A stretch of 48,375 nucleotides of DNA from the sequence record DRR378314_2339. One strand, 5' to 3'. The notes under the pieces were generated by a model. The model did not search any database. It had not been told where the DNA came from and was given only the letters and a program-made list of their open reading frames with translations. This document shows positions 10,585-20,757 of this stretch, in pieces. Each line of letters begins with the position of its first letter. The stretch's first letter is position 1. Made by a program: the position numbers and the translations under genes.

Positions 10585-11967
10585 TTAAAACTCACGCACT
10601 TTTATACTTCTAAAAGAAACATTGTCCCCATGATCCTGTAACAGGATCAAACCTTCTGGGATAACCCCAAAATTTTCCCATTTCTCGTATTTACTTTTTT
10701 CCACCAATGCCTTAAACATTTGACTAAACCTGTCAAATTCCACAACCTTCACATTATTTAGCCAATGCTCAACATGGCCGTCCTTAACAACAATACGCGC
10801 ATTGTTCCATTTATCTACCCCATTAAAGTTCTTGCCCCTAGAGTTTTCCAAGTTCTCTGCACGGATAAGATCATATAAAGATCCCACGGTCCTATTACCA
10901 TTTTTTCCCATTTTTGCATCAGGATGCTCCTTATCGTCCAATACTTGAAATTCCAGACCAATGGCCGAACCTTCGCCCTTATTAAGCTCAGGGTCTACAA
11001 AATATTTAATTCCGCTGTTGGCACCTTTGGTCAATTTAAAATCCACACTTAACTCAAAATTGCTAAAAGCCGCCGTTGTTACAATATCCCCTCCATTACG
11101 CGACTCTGCACCTCCAGATGAAAGAACACTTAAAGTACCGTCTTCCATTACCCAACCTTTCTCTGGAAATGAATTCAGTTTGGCACCTCGCCATCCTTCC
11201 GAAGTTTTTCCATCCCATAACAATCGCCATCCCTTTCTAACTTCATTTGGGGTTAGCTCATTTTGCAAATAGCTTATTTCCGGGGCATATAGGGCCACAT
11301 TATTTCGCTCCTCTTCCAGATCGGAAGTTTTGATCCTAATATTCTTCCATTTCACTATTTTGCCTTCCAAACTGGCATCATGAATGGAATGTACCTGAAA
11401 AGCAATGAATCCACTTGCGGTAACATCATCTACAAGATTTGCACACTGTATTCCGTTTATCCAAGTCCTTATATTGTTACCGATGGCTTCAATTCTATAA
11501 TGATTCCATTCCCCAGGTTTAAAAGCGTTTTGCCCCTTAACGTTCCTGGATAATGGATATAACCACCCGCGTCTTGCCTCGTCATAAATTCCCCCAGCCC
11601 ATTTTCTATCACTGGTTTCAATTTCACATTGGTATCCATGTACCCTCCCATCCATATATTCGGGAAGGCTCAAACTTCTAAATTGAACTCCGGAATTGAG
11701 TCCGTTTTCCACAAACACATCAAACTCCAAAACAAAATCACCATAGGCCTTTTTGGTGGCCATAAAACTATTGGGGGTATTCAACCTGGAGGTCCCAATC
11801 ATTTCCCCATTTTCAATTTTATACTTTGCGTTCCCGTTCAATTGTTCAAAATTGGAGAAATCCTTCCCATTAAAAAGTGTTTCCCATCCATCTTGAGCAA
11901 AAGCATTGAAAAAAGCAAAGTGAAGCATTGCTACCAAGACTATCTTGGTCAGTTTCCTATTAGCCAT
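10585..11967 (-). CDS. Tandem two-domain DUF1080 protein
   Basis: Signal peptide; two repeats LFNGKD...NSGVQFR...FQVH and LWDGKT...NSGIKY...LQDHG. Confidence 0.9.
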   Translation of the reverse strand: MANRKLTKIVLVAMLHFAFFNAFAQDGWETLFNGKDFSNFEQLNGNAKYKIENGEMIGTSRLNTPNSFMATKKAYGDFVLEFDVFVENGLNSGVQFRSLSLPEYMDGRVHGYQCEIETSDRKWAGGIYDEARRGWLYPLSRNVKGQNAFKPGEWNHYRIEAIGNNIRTWINGIQCANLVDDVTASGFIAFQVHSIHDASLEGKIVKWKNIRIKTSDLEEERNNVALYAPEISYLQNELTPNEVRKGWRLLWDGKTSEGWRGAKLNSFPEKGWVMEDGTLSVLSSGGAESRNGGDIVTTAAFSNFELSVDFKLTKGANSGIKYFVDPELNKGEGSAIGLEFQVLDDKEHPDAKMGKNGNRTVGSLYDLIRAENLENSRGKNFNGVDKWNNARIVVKDGHVEHWLNNVKVVEFDRFSQMFKALVEKSKYEKWENFGVIPEGLILLQDHGDNVSFRSIKVREF

Positions 11968-11980
11968 AACATTTAAGTAT

Positions 11981-12006
11981 TATTTTCGTTAACGTTAACG
12001 AAAATA
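11981..12006. promoter_or_regulatory. Putative LacI operator overlapping the promoter of the minus-strand operon
   Basis: Perfect 26-bp palindrome TATTTTCGTTAACGTTAACGAAAATA; minus-strand -7-like TATTTTCG (12006-11999) with TTG 19 nt upstream. Confidence 0.82.
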
Positions 12007-12238
12007 TAAAAATATGTTGAAACAACAATATTATAATTCACAAATTCATACATATAATTTATAATAAGAATGAATTTAGTAAAATAAACATCCAATTAAT
12101 TTCATATTCCAAAAATATAGGCCTCTAAAATGACAACCCTGTTTATACAGTCAACCGATCTTTGATAAATTATGGGATTAACTTATCTTGTCAACCAATC
12201 CATAAAATAATACCCCAAATTCATTCAGAATTCCATTA

Positions 12239-13198
12239 ATGCCAATAATCACATCTAAATACAACCCTCCATTACTTTTTAAAAGTGGCCATTTCTCCAC
12301 AATCTATTCCGGATTGATCAGAAAGGTCAATGGACTGGCCCAAATAAGGGAACGCTTAGAGCTAAGCGATGGGGATTTTTTGGATTTGGATTGGAGCTAC
12401 GCCCAAAGGCCCTCAAAAGGAGTGGTAATACTTCTGCACGGTCTGGAAGGCAATGCACAAAGACCCTATATTACCGGTAGCGCTAAACAGTTCAATGCTA
12501 TTGGCATAGATGCCTGTGCCGTTAACTATAGAGGTTGCAGTGGTGAAACCAATAGGCTTTTCCAATCTTATCATTCCGGTGCCACGGAAGATTTGGAAGC
12601 CGTAATAAACCACATACTTAAAGAAAAAAAATACGCTAATATTTACTTAAAGGGGTTTAGCCTAGGTGGTAATCTAACCCTAAAGTATTTGGGGGAAGGA
12701 AGGTCCGTACCTAAAGAAATAAAAGGGGCGGTCGCAATCTCTGTTCCCTGCAACCTGCATAGTTCATTATTGGAGCTATTGAAACCAAAAAACGTAGTGT
12801 ATGCCAAACGTTTTAAGAAACATCTTATAGAAAAACTGCGTGCAAAACAGCTGCTTTTTCCAGATAAAATAAGCTATCCGGATATCGCCAATATAAACAA
12901 CCTAAAGGATTTTGACGACGTCTATACCAGTCGGGCACATGGATTTAAGGATGCCATTGATTATTATCAAAAATCCAGTTCACTTCAATTTATACATGCC
13001 ATTAGAATCCCCACACTTATTATAAATGCACAAAATGATTCCTTTTTAGGGGACCAATGTTATCCTTACAAGGAAGCTGAACAAAATAATAGTGTACATT
13101 TTGAACTCCCCCAATACGGAGGCCATGTGGGCTTTTATGGCGAAAAAAATATCACCTATACTGAAAAAAGGGCATTAAAATTTGTTGAAGAATTATAA
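12239..13198 (+). CDS. YheT-family alpha/beta hydrolase
   Basis: LHGLEG, GFSLGG nucleophile elbow, NAQND, GGHVGF. Confidence 0.9.
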   Translation: MPIITSKYNPPLLFKSGHFSTIYSGLIRKVNGLAQIRERLELSDGDFLDLDWSYAQRPSKGVVILLHGLEGNAQRPYITGSAKQFNAIGIDACAVNYRGCSGETNRLFQSYHSGATEDLEAVINHILKEKKYANIYLKGFSLGGNLTLKYLGEGRSVPKEIKGAVAISVPCNLHSSLLELLKPKNVVYAKRFKKHLIEKLRAKQLLFPDKISYPDIANINNLKDFDDVYTSRAHGFKDAIDYYQKSSSLQFIHAIRIPTLIINAQNDSFLGDQCYPYKEAEQNNSVHFELPQYGGHVGFYGEKNITYTEKRALKFVEEL

Positions 13199-13243
13199 TA
13201 AAATAATCTATTTATTATCTTCGTGAAATAATATACCTAAACG

Positions 13244-13723
13244 ATGAGAAAATTATTTATCCCTTTGGCCTTAGCTGGATTAATCCTTAGCTGTGGCGAA
13301 AAAAAAGAAGAAAAGAAGGAAGGTTTTGAAATGAACCGTACCAAAAAAGAAGTCAAAGCGGAACCTGTAAGTGAGGGAGTACCTGTAGACATGAACAACA
13401 AAGGTGTTGGACCTATTAAATCTGTAACATTCGCAGATGAAATAGACGCCGAGATGGCAGCCAAAGGACAAAAAACATTTAGTACCATTTGTGTAGCCTG
13501 CCATATGGCCGAGCAGCGGTTGATTGGACCTGCACTTAAAGGTGTTTTTGAAAGGAGAAGCCCAGAATGGGTTATGAACATGATCTTGAATCCAGATGGT
13601 ATGCTTAAGGAAGACCCAATAGCCAAGGCCTTACTGAAGGAATATAACAATGCCGTTATGTTAAACCAGAATCTTTCCGAAGAGGATGCACGTGCAGTAG
13701 CAGAGTATCTAAGGACTCTATAG
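13244..13723 (+). CDS. Monoheme cytochrome c lipoprotein
   Basis: Lipobox ILSC; CVACH heme motif; IGPAL. Confidence 0.9.
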   Translation: MRKLFIPLALAGLILSCGEKKEEKKEGFEMNRTKKEVKAEPVSEGVPVDMNNKGVGPIKSVTFADEIDAEMAAKGQKTFSTICVACHMAEQRLIGPALKGVFERRSPEWVMNMILNPDGMLKEDPIAKALLKEYNNAVMLNQNLSEEDARAVAEYLRTL

Positions 13724-13742
13724 TACAAGATTCATAAAAAAC

Positions 13743-13788
13743 AAAAAGCGTTTGCATCAATAATTAAGTTGTGGCAAACGCTTTTTTT
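13743..13788. terminator. Bidirectional terminator between the cytochrome c and sulP genes
   Basis: AAAAAGCGTTTGC (13743-13755) / GCAAACGCTTTTT (13774-13786) with A and T tails. Confidence 0.8.
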
Positions 13789-13830
13789 ATATAGAATTAT
13801 TATTCTGAAATAAATATCATAATGGTAAAA

Positions 13831-15408
13831 CTATAGCTTATCCACCACCACCTTGTAAGTAGGATCTTCTATTACATTGACATCTATAATTTCGTTGGCA
13901 TTCTCCAATAACCTTATACAGTCGCGACTTAGATGTTTTAGATGCACTTTTTTACCCACCTTGGCGTAGCGTTCCGTTAATTTGTTCAGGGCCTCAATTC
14001 CAGACATATCTGCCACCCTACTTTCCTTAAAATCGATAATTACTTCGTTGGGGTCGTTCTGTATATCAAACTTCTCGGCAAAGGCGGTTGTGGATCCAAA
14101 AAACAATGGTCCATAAATTTCATAATGTTTTATACCGTTTTCATCTATAGATTTTCTGGCCCTAATACGTTTTGCATTTTCCCAGGAATAGGCCAAGGCG
14201 GAAATAATTACCCCGAACAATACGGCAACGGCCAAATTATGGGTAATGGCAGTAATCAAAGTCACCAAAACCATTACGACGACATCGGAGGTAGGCATTT
14301 TTCTAAATGTCTTGAAACTTGCCCACTCAAAAGTTCCAATGGCTACCATAAACATTAGTCCAACCAAGGCGGCCATAGGCAATTGTTCTATTAAATTGGA
14401 ACCGAACATTATAAACACCAACAACATTACCGCAGCGGTGATTCCCGACAATCGGGCCCTGGCGCCGGCCGAAGTATTGATCAGACTTTGTCCGATCATA
14501 GCACAACCACCCATCCCGGATAAGAATCCGGAAAAAATATTGGCTGTTCCCTGGGCTATACATTCTTTGTTACCACTTCCCCGAGTATCGGTAATTTCGT
14601 CTATTATATTTAAGGTAAGTAAACTCTCAATTAAACCAACTCCTGCTACAATGGCCGCAAAAGGTAAGATTATTTTTAATGTTTCCAGTGTTAATGGTAA
14701 ATTGGGTATGGACAAGGGAGGAAATCCTCCTTTAATGGATTCGCCTTCCGCCATTGTATCCGCTACTGTAAGTGTATCTATTCCAAAGCCCAAAACAATG
14801 GCCGATACTACAACGATCGCCAACAAGGAAGAGGGAACTGCCTTGGTTATTTTTGGGAAGCCCCAAATGATCAACATTGTTAAAAGGGTTAATCCGAGCA
14901 TGGTCCAAAAAGGCATCCCCGACATCAATTCGGAAGTTCCCTTTTCATAAAAATTAGGGAACTGGGCCATAAAAATTATAATGGCCAGTCCGTTTACAAA
15001 TCCGAACATAACAGGATGTGGCACCAGGCGTATAAATTTACCCAACTTTAAAACTCCGGCCATTATTTGCAATAGCCCGGCAATGATTACGGTAGCAAAA
15101 ACATAATTCAATATAGTTTCTGGAGTAATCCCAGGGAAAGTATTTTTCAATTCCAAAATTAGTCCTATAAAAATAACTGCTACGGCACCCGTTGCACCAG
15201 AAATCATTCCCGGTCTACCTCCCAAAATAGAGGTTACCAATGCCAGAACAAAGGCTGCATATAGCCCTGTTAGCGGTGAAAACCCAGGAATAAGTGCAAA
15301 AGCAATTGCCTCGGGAACCAAAGCTAGGGCCACGGTTAAACCGGACAAAATCTCGGTCTTATAATCTACTTTTTGCTTAAAATCGAATAGATTTAAATAC
15401 TTCTTCAC
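13831..15408 (-). CDS. SulP-family inorganic anion transporter with STAS domain
   Basis: GTG start; GLTVALALVPEAIAF, GGRPGMISGATGA, GPLFFGS. Confidence 0.93.
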   Translation of the reverse strand: MKKYLNLFDFKQKVDYKTEILSGLTVALALVPEAIAFALIPGFSPLTGLYAAFVLALVTSILGGRPGMISGATGAVAVIFIGLILELKNTFPGITPETILNYVFATVIIAGLLQIMAGVLKLGKFIRLVPHPVMFGFVNGLAIIIFMAQFPNFYEKGTSELMSGMPFWTMLGLTLLTMLIIWGFPKITKAVPSSLLAIVVVSAIVLGFGIDTLTVADTMAEGESIKGGFPPLSIPNLPLTLETLKIILPFAAIVAGVGLIESLLTLNIIDEITDTRGSGNKECIAQGTANIFSGFLSGMGGCAMIGQSLINTSAGARARLSGITAAVMLLVFIMFGSNLIEQLPMAALVGLMFMVAIGTFEWASFKTFRKMPTSDVVVMVLVTLITAITHNLAVAVLFGVIISALAYSWENAKRIRARKSIDENGIKHYEIYGPLFFGSTTAFAEKFDIQNDPNEVIIDFKESRVADMSGIEALNKLTERYAKVGKKVHLKHLSRDCIRLLENANEIIDVNVIEDPTYKVVVDKL

Positions 15409-15427
15409 GTTTTTGTTTTTGAGGGGG

Positions 15428-15435
15428 CAAAAGTA
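15428..15435 (-). promoter_or_regulatory. Bacteroidota -7 promoter element TACTTTTG for sulP
   Basis: Exact TAnnTTTG about 20 nt upstream of the start. Confidence 0.6.
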
Positions 15436-15491
15436 GTGGATTTTCTTGTTTTATAGACCATGATATGCCTAAATGTGACATTTACAACAAA

Positions 15492-16463
15492 TTACCAGGA
15501 TTGAAGCCCTAATAATTTCTCACCCAAAGTAGTTAATTCAGCAGTTTTATATTTGGTTTGTTCCCAATTCCTGGGGTCTCCGGGAAAGGCATAACCTTCT
15601 GGCGCCAATCTATTTCTCCAAGCGTTGATACGCCAGGCCCGGAGAGGCCCGTTGTCTTCTTCCGCCGGCATCATAGAAATATACTGGGCAATACGCACCT
15701 TGTCCTTAGAAAGATTGGGCCTTATTCCATGAGGTTGGGTACTATTAAAAATCAAAAGATCCCCTGCTTCCATTTTAATCTTAACTATTTTGTCCTGTAA
15801 GGCGCTTACGTCGGGCTTAAAACGATCCCTTTCTTTGGGCTGGGTCAGTTTCCAAGTATCATAATTCCTGTATAACCAGGGGATACATTGAAATCCTCCC
15901 ATATATTCATCGGTCTGATCCGCCAAGGCCAAAACGCCCTGCACATTCTGGGGCCTTGTTTCCGGGTCGTAGTCCCAGTGTATAAACCCTTTTTGTTGAA
16001 ATCCAGGTCTTATTGGGAAATTTAGATTGGCCCTGTCTATGGTTACCCAAAGTTTTTCAGTTCCCCAGACATCCACGAAGGCATCATAAATCTTCGGTTC
16101 CTGTCTATTGTTCCATAAATGCTGGTGATTGTACACTTCTACCATTCCAGTTCCCGTTAATTCCTTCATTTTCATCTCTGCACGTGGTAGAGTATACCAT
16201 GTCTCCGGATCGTCGGGATCCTTTTCTTCAAATTCCCATATAAAATTGGCTGTTATCTGTGCTTGATCTTTAGAAATGACATTCTTGATAACGATGTATC
16301 CGTTGTGCAACCAAAATTTCCAATCCTCCTCACTAAGTATCCGTAAAGGTTTTCCATTACTTCTGTCACTTAAAGTAATTTTGCTGGTGGTGGAGGTAGA
16401 TGGGTTGCCCGGAATCTCCGCATGGGGATTCCCCTTTTTCGAATTAGTATCCTTGGATTTCAT
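15492..16463 (-). CDS. Phytanoyl-CoA dioxygenase (PhyH)-family Fe(II)/2OG oxygenase
   Basis: HWD...H facial triad (IHWDYD; GDLLIFNSTQPHG) and RIAQY. Confidence 0.85.
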   Translation of the reverse strand: MKSKDTNSKKGNPHAEIPGNPSTSTTSKITLSDRSNGKPLRILSEEDWKFWLHNGYIVIKNVISKDQAQITANFIWEFEEKDPDDPETWYTLPRAEMKMKELTGTGMVEVYNHQHLWNNRQEPKIYDAFVDVWGTEKLWVTIDRANLNFPIRPGFQQKGFIHWDYDPETRPQNVQGVLALADQTDEYMGGFQCIPWLYRNYDTWKLTQPKERDRFKPDVSALQDKIVKIKMEAGDLLIFNSTQPHGIRPNLSKDKVRIAQYISMMPAEEDNGPLRAWRINAWRNRLAPEGYAFPGDPRNWEQTKYKTAELTTLGEKLLGLQSW

Positions 16464-16587
16464 TTGCTTGACTTTTTAAGGTAGCGTATAGTACCTTAAA
16501 TTAAGGAATTTAATTGAAAAAAACTTAGTTGGACGCTAAACGGATTGTGGAATTGCTCCTATGGAATGTTCGGAGAAAATGATGAAT

Positions 16588-16621
16588 AAAAAACCGCCCT
16601 GGGCAATTACTCCAAGACGGT
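16588..16621 (-). terminator. Intrinsic terminator of the lipoprotein gene ending at 16685
   Basis: Minus-strand ACCGTCTTGG/CCAGGGCGGT 10-bp stem whose two G-U pairs work only on the minus strand, followed by a U-tract. Confidence 0.75.
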
Positions 16622-16684
16622 CTTTAACTAAATAACCAACCAAAAACTTCTTTATATAGTTACCGTAAAACCTTACGGTAATAA

Positions 16685-17611
16685 TTATATCTTTCTTTTT
16701 CTGACCACCTTCATGGTCCCATATTCGGATTTTGTCCTCTTCTTGTCCAATTGGGATATATCTGATTTCAAATAGGTAATAAATCCCTTTCCCTTAAACT
16801 TGTAAACTGTTCCACTAGAGGAATGATATAGCTCTATTGTACTATCATTAATAACGTACAACTCAAAGTAATCATTGCCCATAAAGTCATAATCCAGTGT
16901 TAAAGTTTTGAGCGTTTCATCGTTATAAACGTCGAATAATGAATACTCCCCACTATAATCCCATAAAACATCGTCCAAATGCATCCCACTGGGGTCTACC
17001 GAGGAATTAAACATACTTCTGTTTCCGTCAATATAGAACTGTAAATAATTTTCCGAATCGAAATCGTTCACTAATCCTTCCTTACTCGTAGCTACCTTTT
17101 CCCAAACATCATATTCCTGCAATAGATATTCAATATTGTCATAAAATACCATGTCATAATCAAAGTTATTTCTTTGATATCCTTCTAAAAAATATGAGGT
17201 TCGGCTATGGGAATCATATAATTCAATGGTATTGTTATCCACAACGAATACCTCCAAGCTCCAAAATCCGTCCACATCATGGTTAATTTGCAGCCTTTCA
17301 CTGGCCGTATTGAAATAACCAACATCGAGTCCAAAGCCGTTTCCTGTTTTCCCAATACCCACTATATTATTATTGGCAAAAACGGTTTCACCCACAAATG
17401 AGATGGTGAATGCACGTTGTAAAAAAGGAACCTCCCCATTACCGGAAGTAGCATTTATATCTACATACCAAAGCTCGTGGGATTTTAATAGGGCGTTGAC
17501 ATTGAGAAAGGGTTCATCAATATATTCGTCTTCAATAATAACTTCGGTATAACAACCTGTAGCCAAAACAGCCAGGGTTAAAGTTGTAAAGAGTAGTTTT
17601 GTAGTTCTCAT
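16685..17611 (-). CDS. Hypothetical lipoprotein with two internal beta-rich repeats
   Basis: Start moved to 17611 (MRTTKLL...LATGC lipobox); repeats VVDNNTIELYDSHSRTSYFLEG and VINDSTIELYHSSSGTVYKFKG. Confidence 0.75.
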   Translation of the reverse strand: MRTTKLLFTTLTLAVLATGCYTEVIIEDEYIDEPFLNVNALLKSHELWYVDINATSGNGEVPFLQRAFTISFVGETVFANNNIVGIGKTGNGFGLDVGYFNTASERLQINHDVDGFWSLEVFVVDNNTIELYDSHSRTSYFLEGYQRNNFDYDMVFYDNIEYLLQEYDVWEKVATSKEGLVNDFDSENYLQFYIDGNRSMFNSSVDPSGMHLDDVLWDYSGEYSLFDVYNDETLKTLTLDYDFMGNDYFELYVINDSTIELYHSSSGTVYKFKGKGFITYLKSDISQLDKKRTKSEYGTMKVVRKRKI

Positions 17612-17644
17612 TTTATATAGTTTGATGTTACCTATACCAGTAAA

Positions 17645-17660
17645 ACAATCATTATGCCAA
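17645..17660 (-). promoter_or_regulatory. sigma54-type (-24/-12) promoter TTGGCATAATGATTGT
   Basis: Matches TGGCACG-N4-TTGC spacing exactly, with GT at -12; about 34 nt upstream of ATG 17611. Confidence 0.6.
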
Positions 17661-17938
17661 CAATGCAAACTATTGTTAATCAACAAATTATAAACATCAA
17701 ACACTAAAAAATATTTACAGGAACAAAAACTTGGGTTTCCAATTTAACACCAAAACTTATACCGATGGTATAAAATTCTTGTTTTGAATCTCCAAAAAAC
17801 AGTCCTACATTGCCATAGATTTTAATGAGCCACGTACGCTTCCATATTAATACCGGAAAACTGATGGTCCATTGATTTTTTTAATGAGGAGATAACTTGG
17901 TTATTAGGTCTTGGCATACAACAAGAAATATTAAATAA

Positions 17939-18940
17939 ATGAAAAACAATATAAAATTTGCAATGTTGGGTGGTGGTAGTTGGGCAACTGCCATTGTTAA
18001 AATGTTGACAGAGAATGCCGATGTGGTTAATTGGTATATGCGCAATACCGATGCTATTGAACACATTAGGACACAGAAACACAACCCCAATTACTTAAGT
18101 TCGGTAGAATTTCATACAGAACAATTAAACCTCACGGACAATATTAACGAGGCTGTTGCCAATGCCGATGTCCTTATTTTTGCCATTCCCTCCGCTTTCT
18201 TAGAAAACGAATTGAAGCATTTGACCGTAGATATCAAGGACAAAATTATTTTTTCCGCAATAAAGGGTATTGTGCCGGAATCCAGTTTGATCGTGGGAGA
18301 GCATTTTCATGTCAACTATAACATTCCTTTCGAAAATATTGGGGTCATTACAGGACCATGCCATGCCGAAGAAGTTGCTTTGGAACGTTTGTCCTATTTA
18401 ACCATAGCCTGTGCAGATACAGAAAAAGCCAAATTAGTGGCCGAGCACCTAAGTAGCGACTATATTAAAACCAAAATATCCGACGATATTATAGGTACGG
18501 AATATGCAGCCATGCTAAAGAATATTTATGCCATTGCTGCAGGTATCGCCCATGGCTTGGGTTACGGAGACAACTTTCAAAGCGTACTCATGAGCAACTC
18601 CATAAGAGAAATGAAGCGGTTTATAAAACGGGTACATAAAATGAAGCGTAACATTAACGACTCTGCCTATTTAGGAGACCTTTTGGTAACGGGCTACTCC
18701 GTTTTTAGCCGTAACCGTATGTTTGGAAATATGATCGGTAAAGGTTACACCGTAAAAAGTGCCATGATGGAAATGAAAATGGTGGCCGAAGGTTACTATG
18801 CCACCAATAGTGCACATCTAATAGTTTCCAAACACAAGAATAAATCAAAAACGCCCATTCTAAATGCCGTTTATGACGTGCTATATGAAAATAAAAGCCC
18901 GAAAAAGGTTTTTAAAGAGCTCACCGAAAAGCTGGATTAG
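17939..18940 (+). CDS. gpsA: NAD(P)H-dependent glycerol-3-phosphate dehydrogenase
   Basis: GGGSWATA, AIKG, GPCHAEEV, LKNIYAIAAG, GDLLVT, SRNR. Confidence 0.95.
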   Translation: MKNNIKFAMLGGGSWATAIVKMLTENADVVNWYMRNTDAIEHIRTQKHNPNYLSSVEFHTEQLNLTDNINEAVANADVLIFAIPSAFLENELKHLTVDIKDKIIFSAIKGIVPESSLIVGEHFHVNYNIPFENIGVITGPCHAEEVALERLSYLTIACADTEKAKLVAEHLSSDYIKTKISDDIIGTEYAAMLKNIYAIAAGIAHGLGYGDNFQSVLMSNSIREMKRFIKRVHKMKRNINDSAYLGDLLVTGYSVFSRNRMFGNMIGKGYTVKSAMMEMKMVAEGYYATNSAHLIVSKHKNKSKTPILNAVYDVLYENKSPKKVFKELTEKLD

Positions 18941-18991
18941 CCTTATTATTTAACTCCCTTGGGCCTCCAAAGATTACTTTAACCACTGCCC

Positions 18992-20659
18992 CTAAATTCG
19001 GTCCAGCGAAAAATTGGAATGCTCATCCATTTCTCTTTCCAAGGTTTTCCGGTAGGAGTTAATGACCTCATCGTCCAGTTTATATATAGTCTTGAACTCT
19101 GCCAGGATGGGTTCCATCAAATTCCTAATACTATCTATATCAAAGTATAATCTTCCAGTTCTACGTATAAAAAAATCCATAGGAGTTTGTACCATTTCAT
19201 TTTCTATGGTAAACTTTAACTCGGCCTTTGCCATACCCAACACATGATCATCTTCCTTCTGTTTTGCATAGTACTGCAAAATTGTTTCGGTCTGCTTTCC
19301 ATAATTGGTTACCAAATACCAGGCATCATAATGGGAAAATCCCTCAGGGGTTAGTCTTTCATGGATTTCGGCAATATATTTCTTAACATATTTATACTTT
19401 TTAAAATCATTTCCACATAGAGGAATATGCTCCGTATCCGAATCCTTTACACTAATACCATAATCTTCTTCCATTTTTTTGGCCACCCTGTTCACTACGC
19501 GCTCCGCCATTTTACGATAGCCCGTTAGCTTTCCACCGGCAATACTTATGAGGCCGGTATCTGAAGTAAAAATTTCATCCTTTCGCGATAATTCCGAGGC
19601 AGACTTACCTTCTTCATGTATAAGTGGCCGTAGTCCTGCCCATGAAGAGATAATATCTTCCATTTCCAAATTTATCTTTGGAAACATATTATTTACGGCA
19701 GATATCAAATAAATAGCATCGGCCACATCCGTTCTTACGCTATCCTTGTTCTCATTAAAATTGGTGTCCGTAGTGCCTATATAGGTAATCTTGCCCCTAG
19801 GAATCGCAAACATCATGCGTCCGTCCGGGATATCAAAATAAACGGATTGCTTTATAGGCAATTTTTCATAAGGAAAAACCAAATGTACTCCTTTGGTTAG
19901 GTGCAGACGCTTTCCTTTTTTGGAATTGTTAATCCCCCTAAGTTCATCTACCCATGGTCCTGCTGCGCTTATAACATATTTGGCCTTTATTGGGAATTCA
20001 GTATCCAAGACCGTGTCCCTTACTTTAACCCCTGCAACCAAATCCTCCTCATAAATAAAGTCCGTAACCTCTGCATAGTTTAGGGGCATGGCACCATATT
20101 GTAGGCTGGTCTTTATGGTCTCCATGGTGAGTCTGGAATCATCTGTCCTATACTCCGCATAATACCCAGCACCTTTCAATATTTTTTTTGGCAACAAAGG
20201 TTCCAATTTCAGGGCTTCCTTCTTTTCCAACATTTTGCGTTTATCATCTCCCGTTACCTGGGCCAAAATATCATAAACCTTTAACCCAATGGAAGTAAGC
20301 CATTTGCCATAAGATCCATTTTCTATCAATGGTAACAACATTTTCTCCGGCAGCACTAAGTGTGGTGCCAAATTATGTACTATGGCCCTTTCGGAACCCA
20401 CTTCTTTTACCAACCAAAAGTCGAATTGTTTTAGATATCGCAATCCGCCATGAATCAGTTTTGTTGATTTACTACTGGTGCCAGATGCAAAGTCGTTTTT
20501 TTCAACCAAGGCTACTTTTAAGCCTCTGGATGCAGCATCCAAGGCAATCCCACCACCTGTAATACCTCCACCTATAACCACCAGATCAAAGGTCTCCCCC
20601 TTTAGTTTGGCAATTGTTTTTTTTCTATCCAAATTAGAAAAGCGAATATTTTTTGTCAT
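18992..20659 (-). CDS. glpD: FAD-dependent glycerol-3-phosphate dehydrogenase/oxidase
   Basis: IGGGITG, DFASGTSSKSTKLIHGGLRYL, WAGLRPL, GGKLTGYR. Confidence 0.95.
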   Translation of the reverse strand: MTKNIRFSNLDRKKTIAKLKGETFDLVVIGGGITGGGIALDAASRGLKVALVEKNDFASGTSSKSTKLIHGGLRYLKQFDFWLVKEVGSERAIVHNLAPHLVLPEKMLLPLIENGSYGKWLTSIGLKVYDILAQVTGDDKRKMLEKKEALKLEPLLPKKILKGAGYYAEYRTDDSRLTMETIKTSLQYGAMPLNYAEVTDFIYEEDLVAGVKVRDTVLDTEFPIKAKYVISAAGPWVDELRGINNSKKGKRLHLTKGVHLVFPYEKLPIKQSVYFDIPDGRMMFAIPRGKITYIGTTDTNFNENKDSVRTDVADAIYLISAVNNMFPKINLEMEDIISSWAGLRPLIHEEGKSASELSRKDEIFTSDTGLISIAGGKLTGYRKMAERVVNRVAKKMEEDYGISVKDSDTEHIPLCGNDFKKYKYVKKYIAEIHERLTPEGFSHYDAWYLVTNYGKQTETILQYYAKQKEDDHVLGMAKAELKFTIENEMVQTPMDFFIRRTGRLYFDIDSIRNLMEPILAEFKTIYKLDDEVINSYRKTLEREMDEHSNFSLDRI

Positions 20660-20757
20660 CTTTTTATACGGTATCGGTTTATTGCGGCTATATTAATCTT
20701 AGTTTGACCAACGTCATTAAAGGTAATTGATTATAGACCCAAATCAAAGGACAATTG

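Noticed and set aside
14246-14950. 234-aa plus-strand ORF, and the many other short antisense or alternate-frame ORFs in the track
   Set aside because: They shadow well-supported genes and have no recognisable motifs
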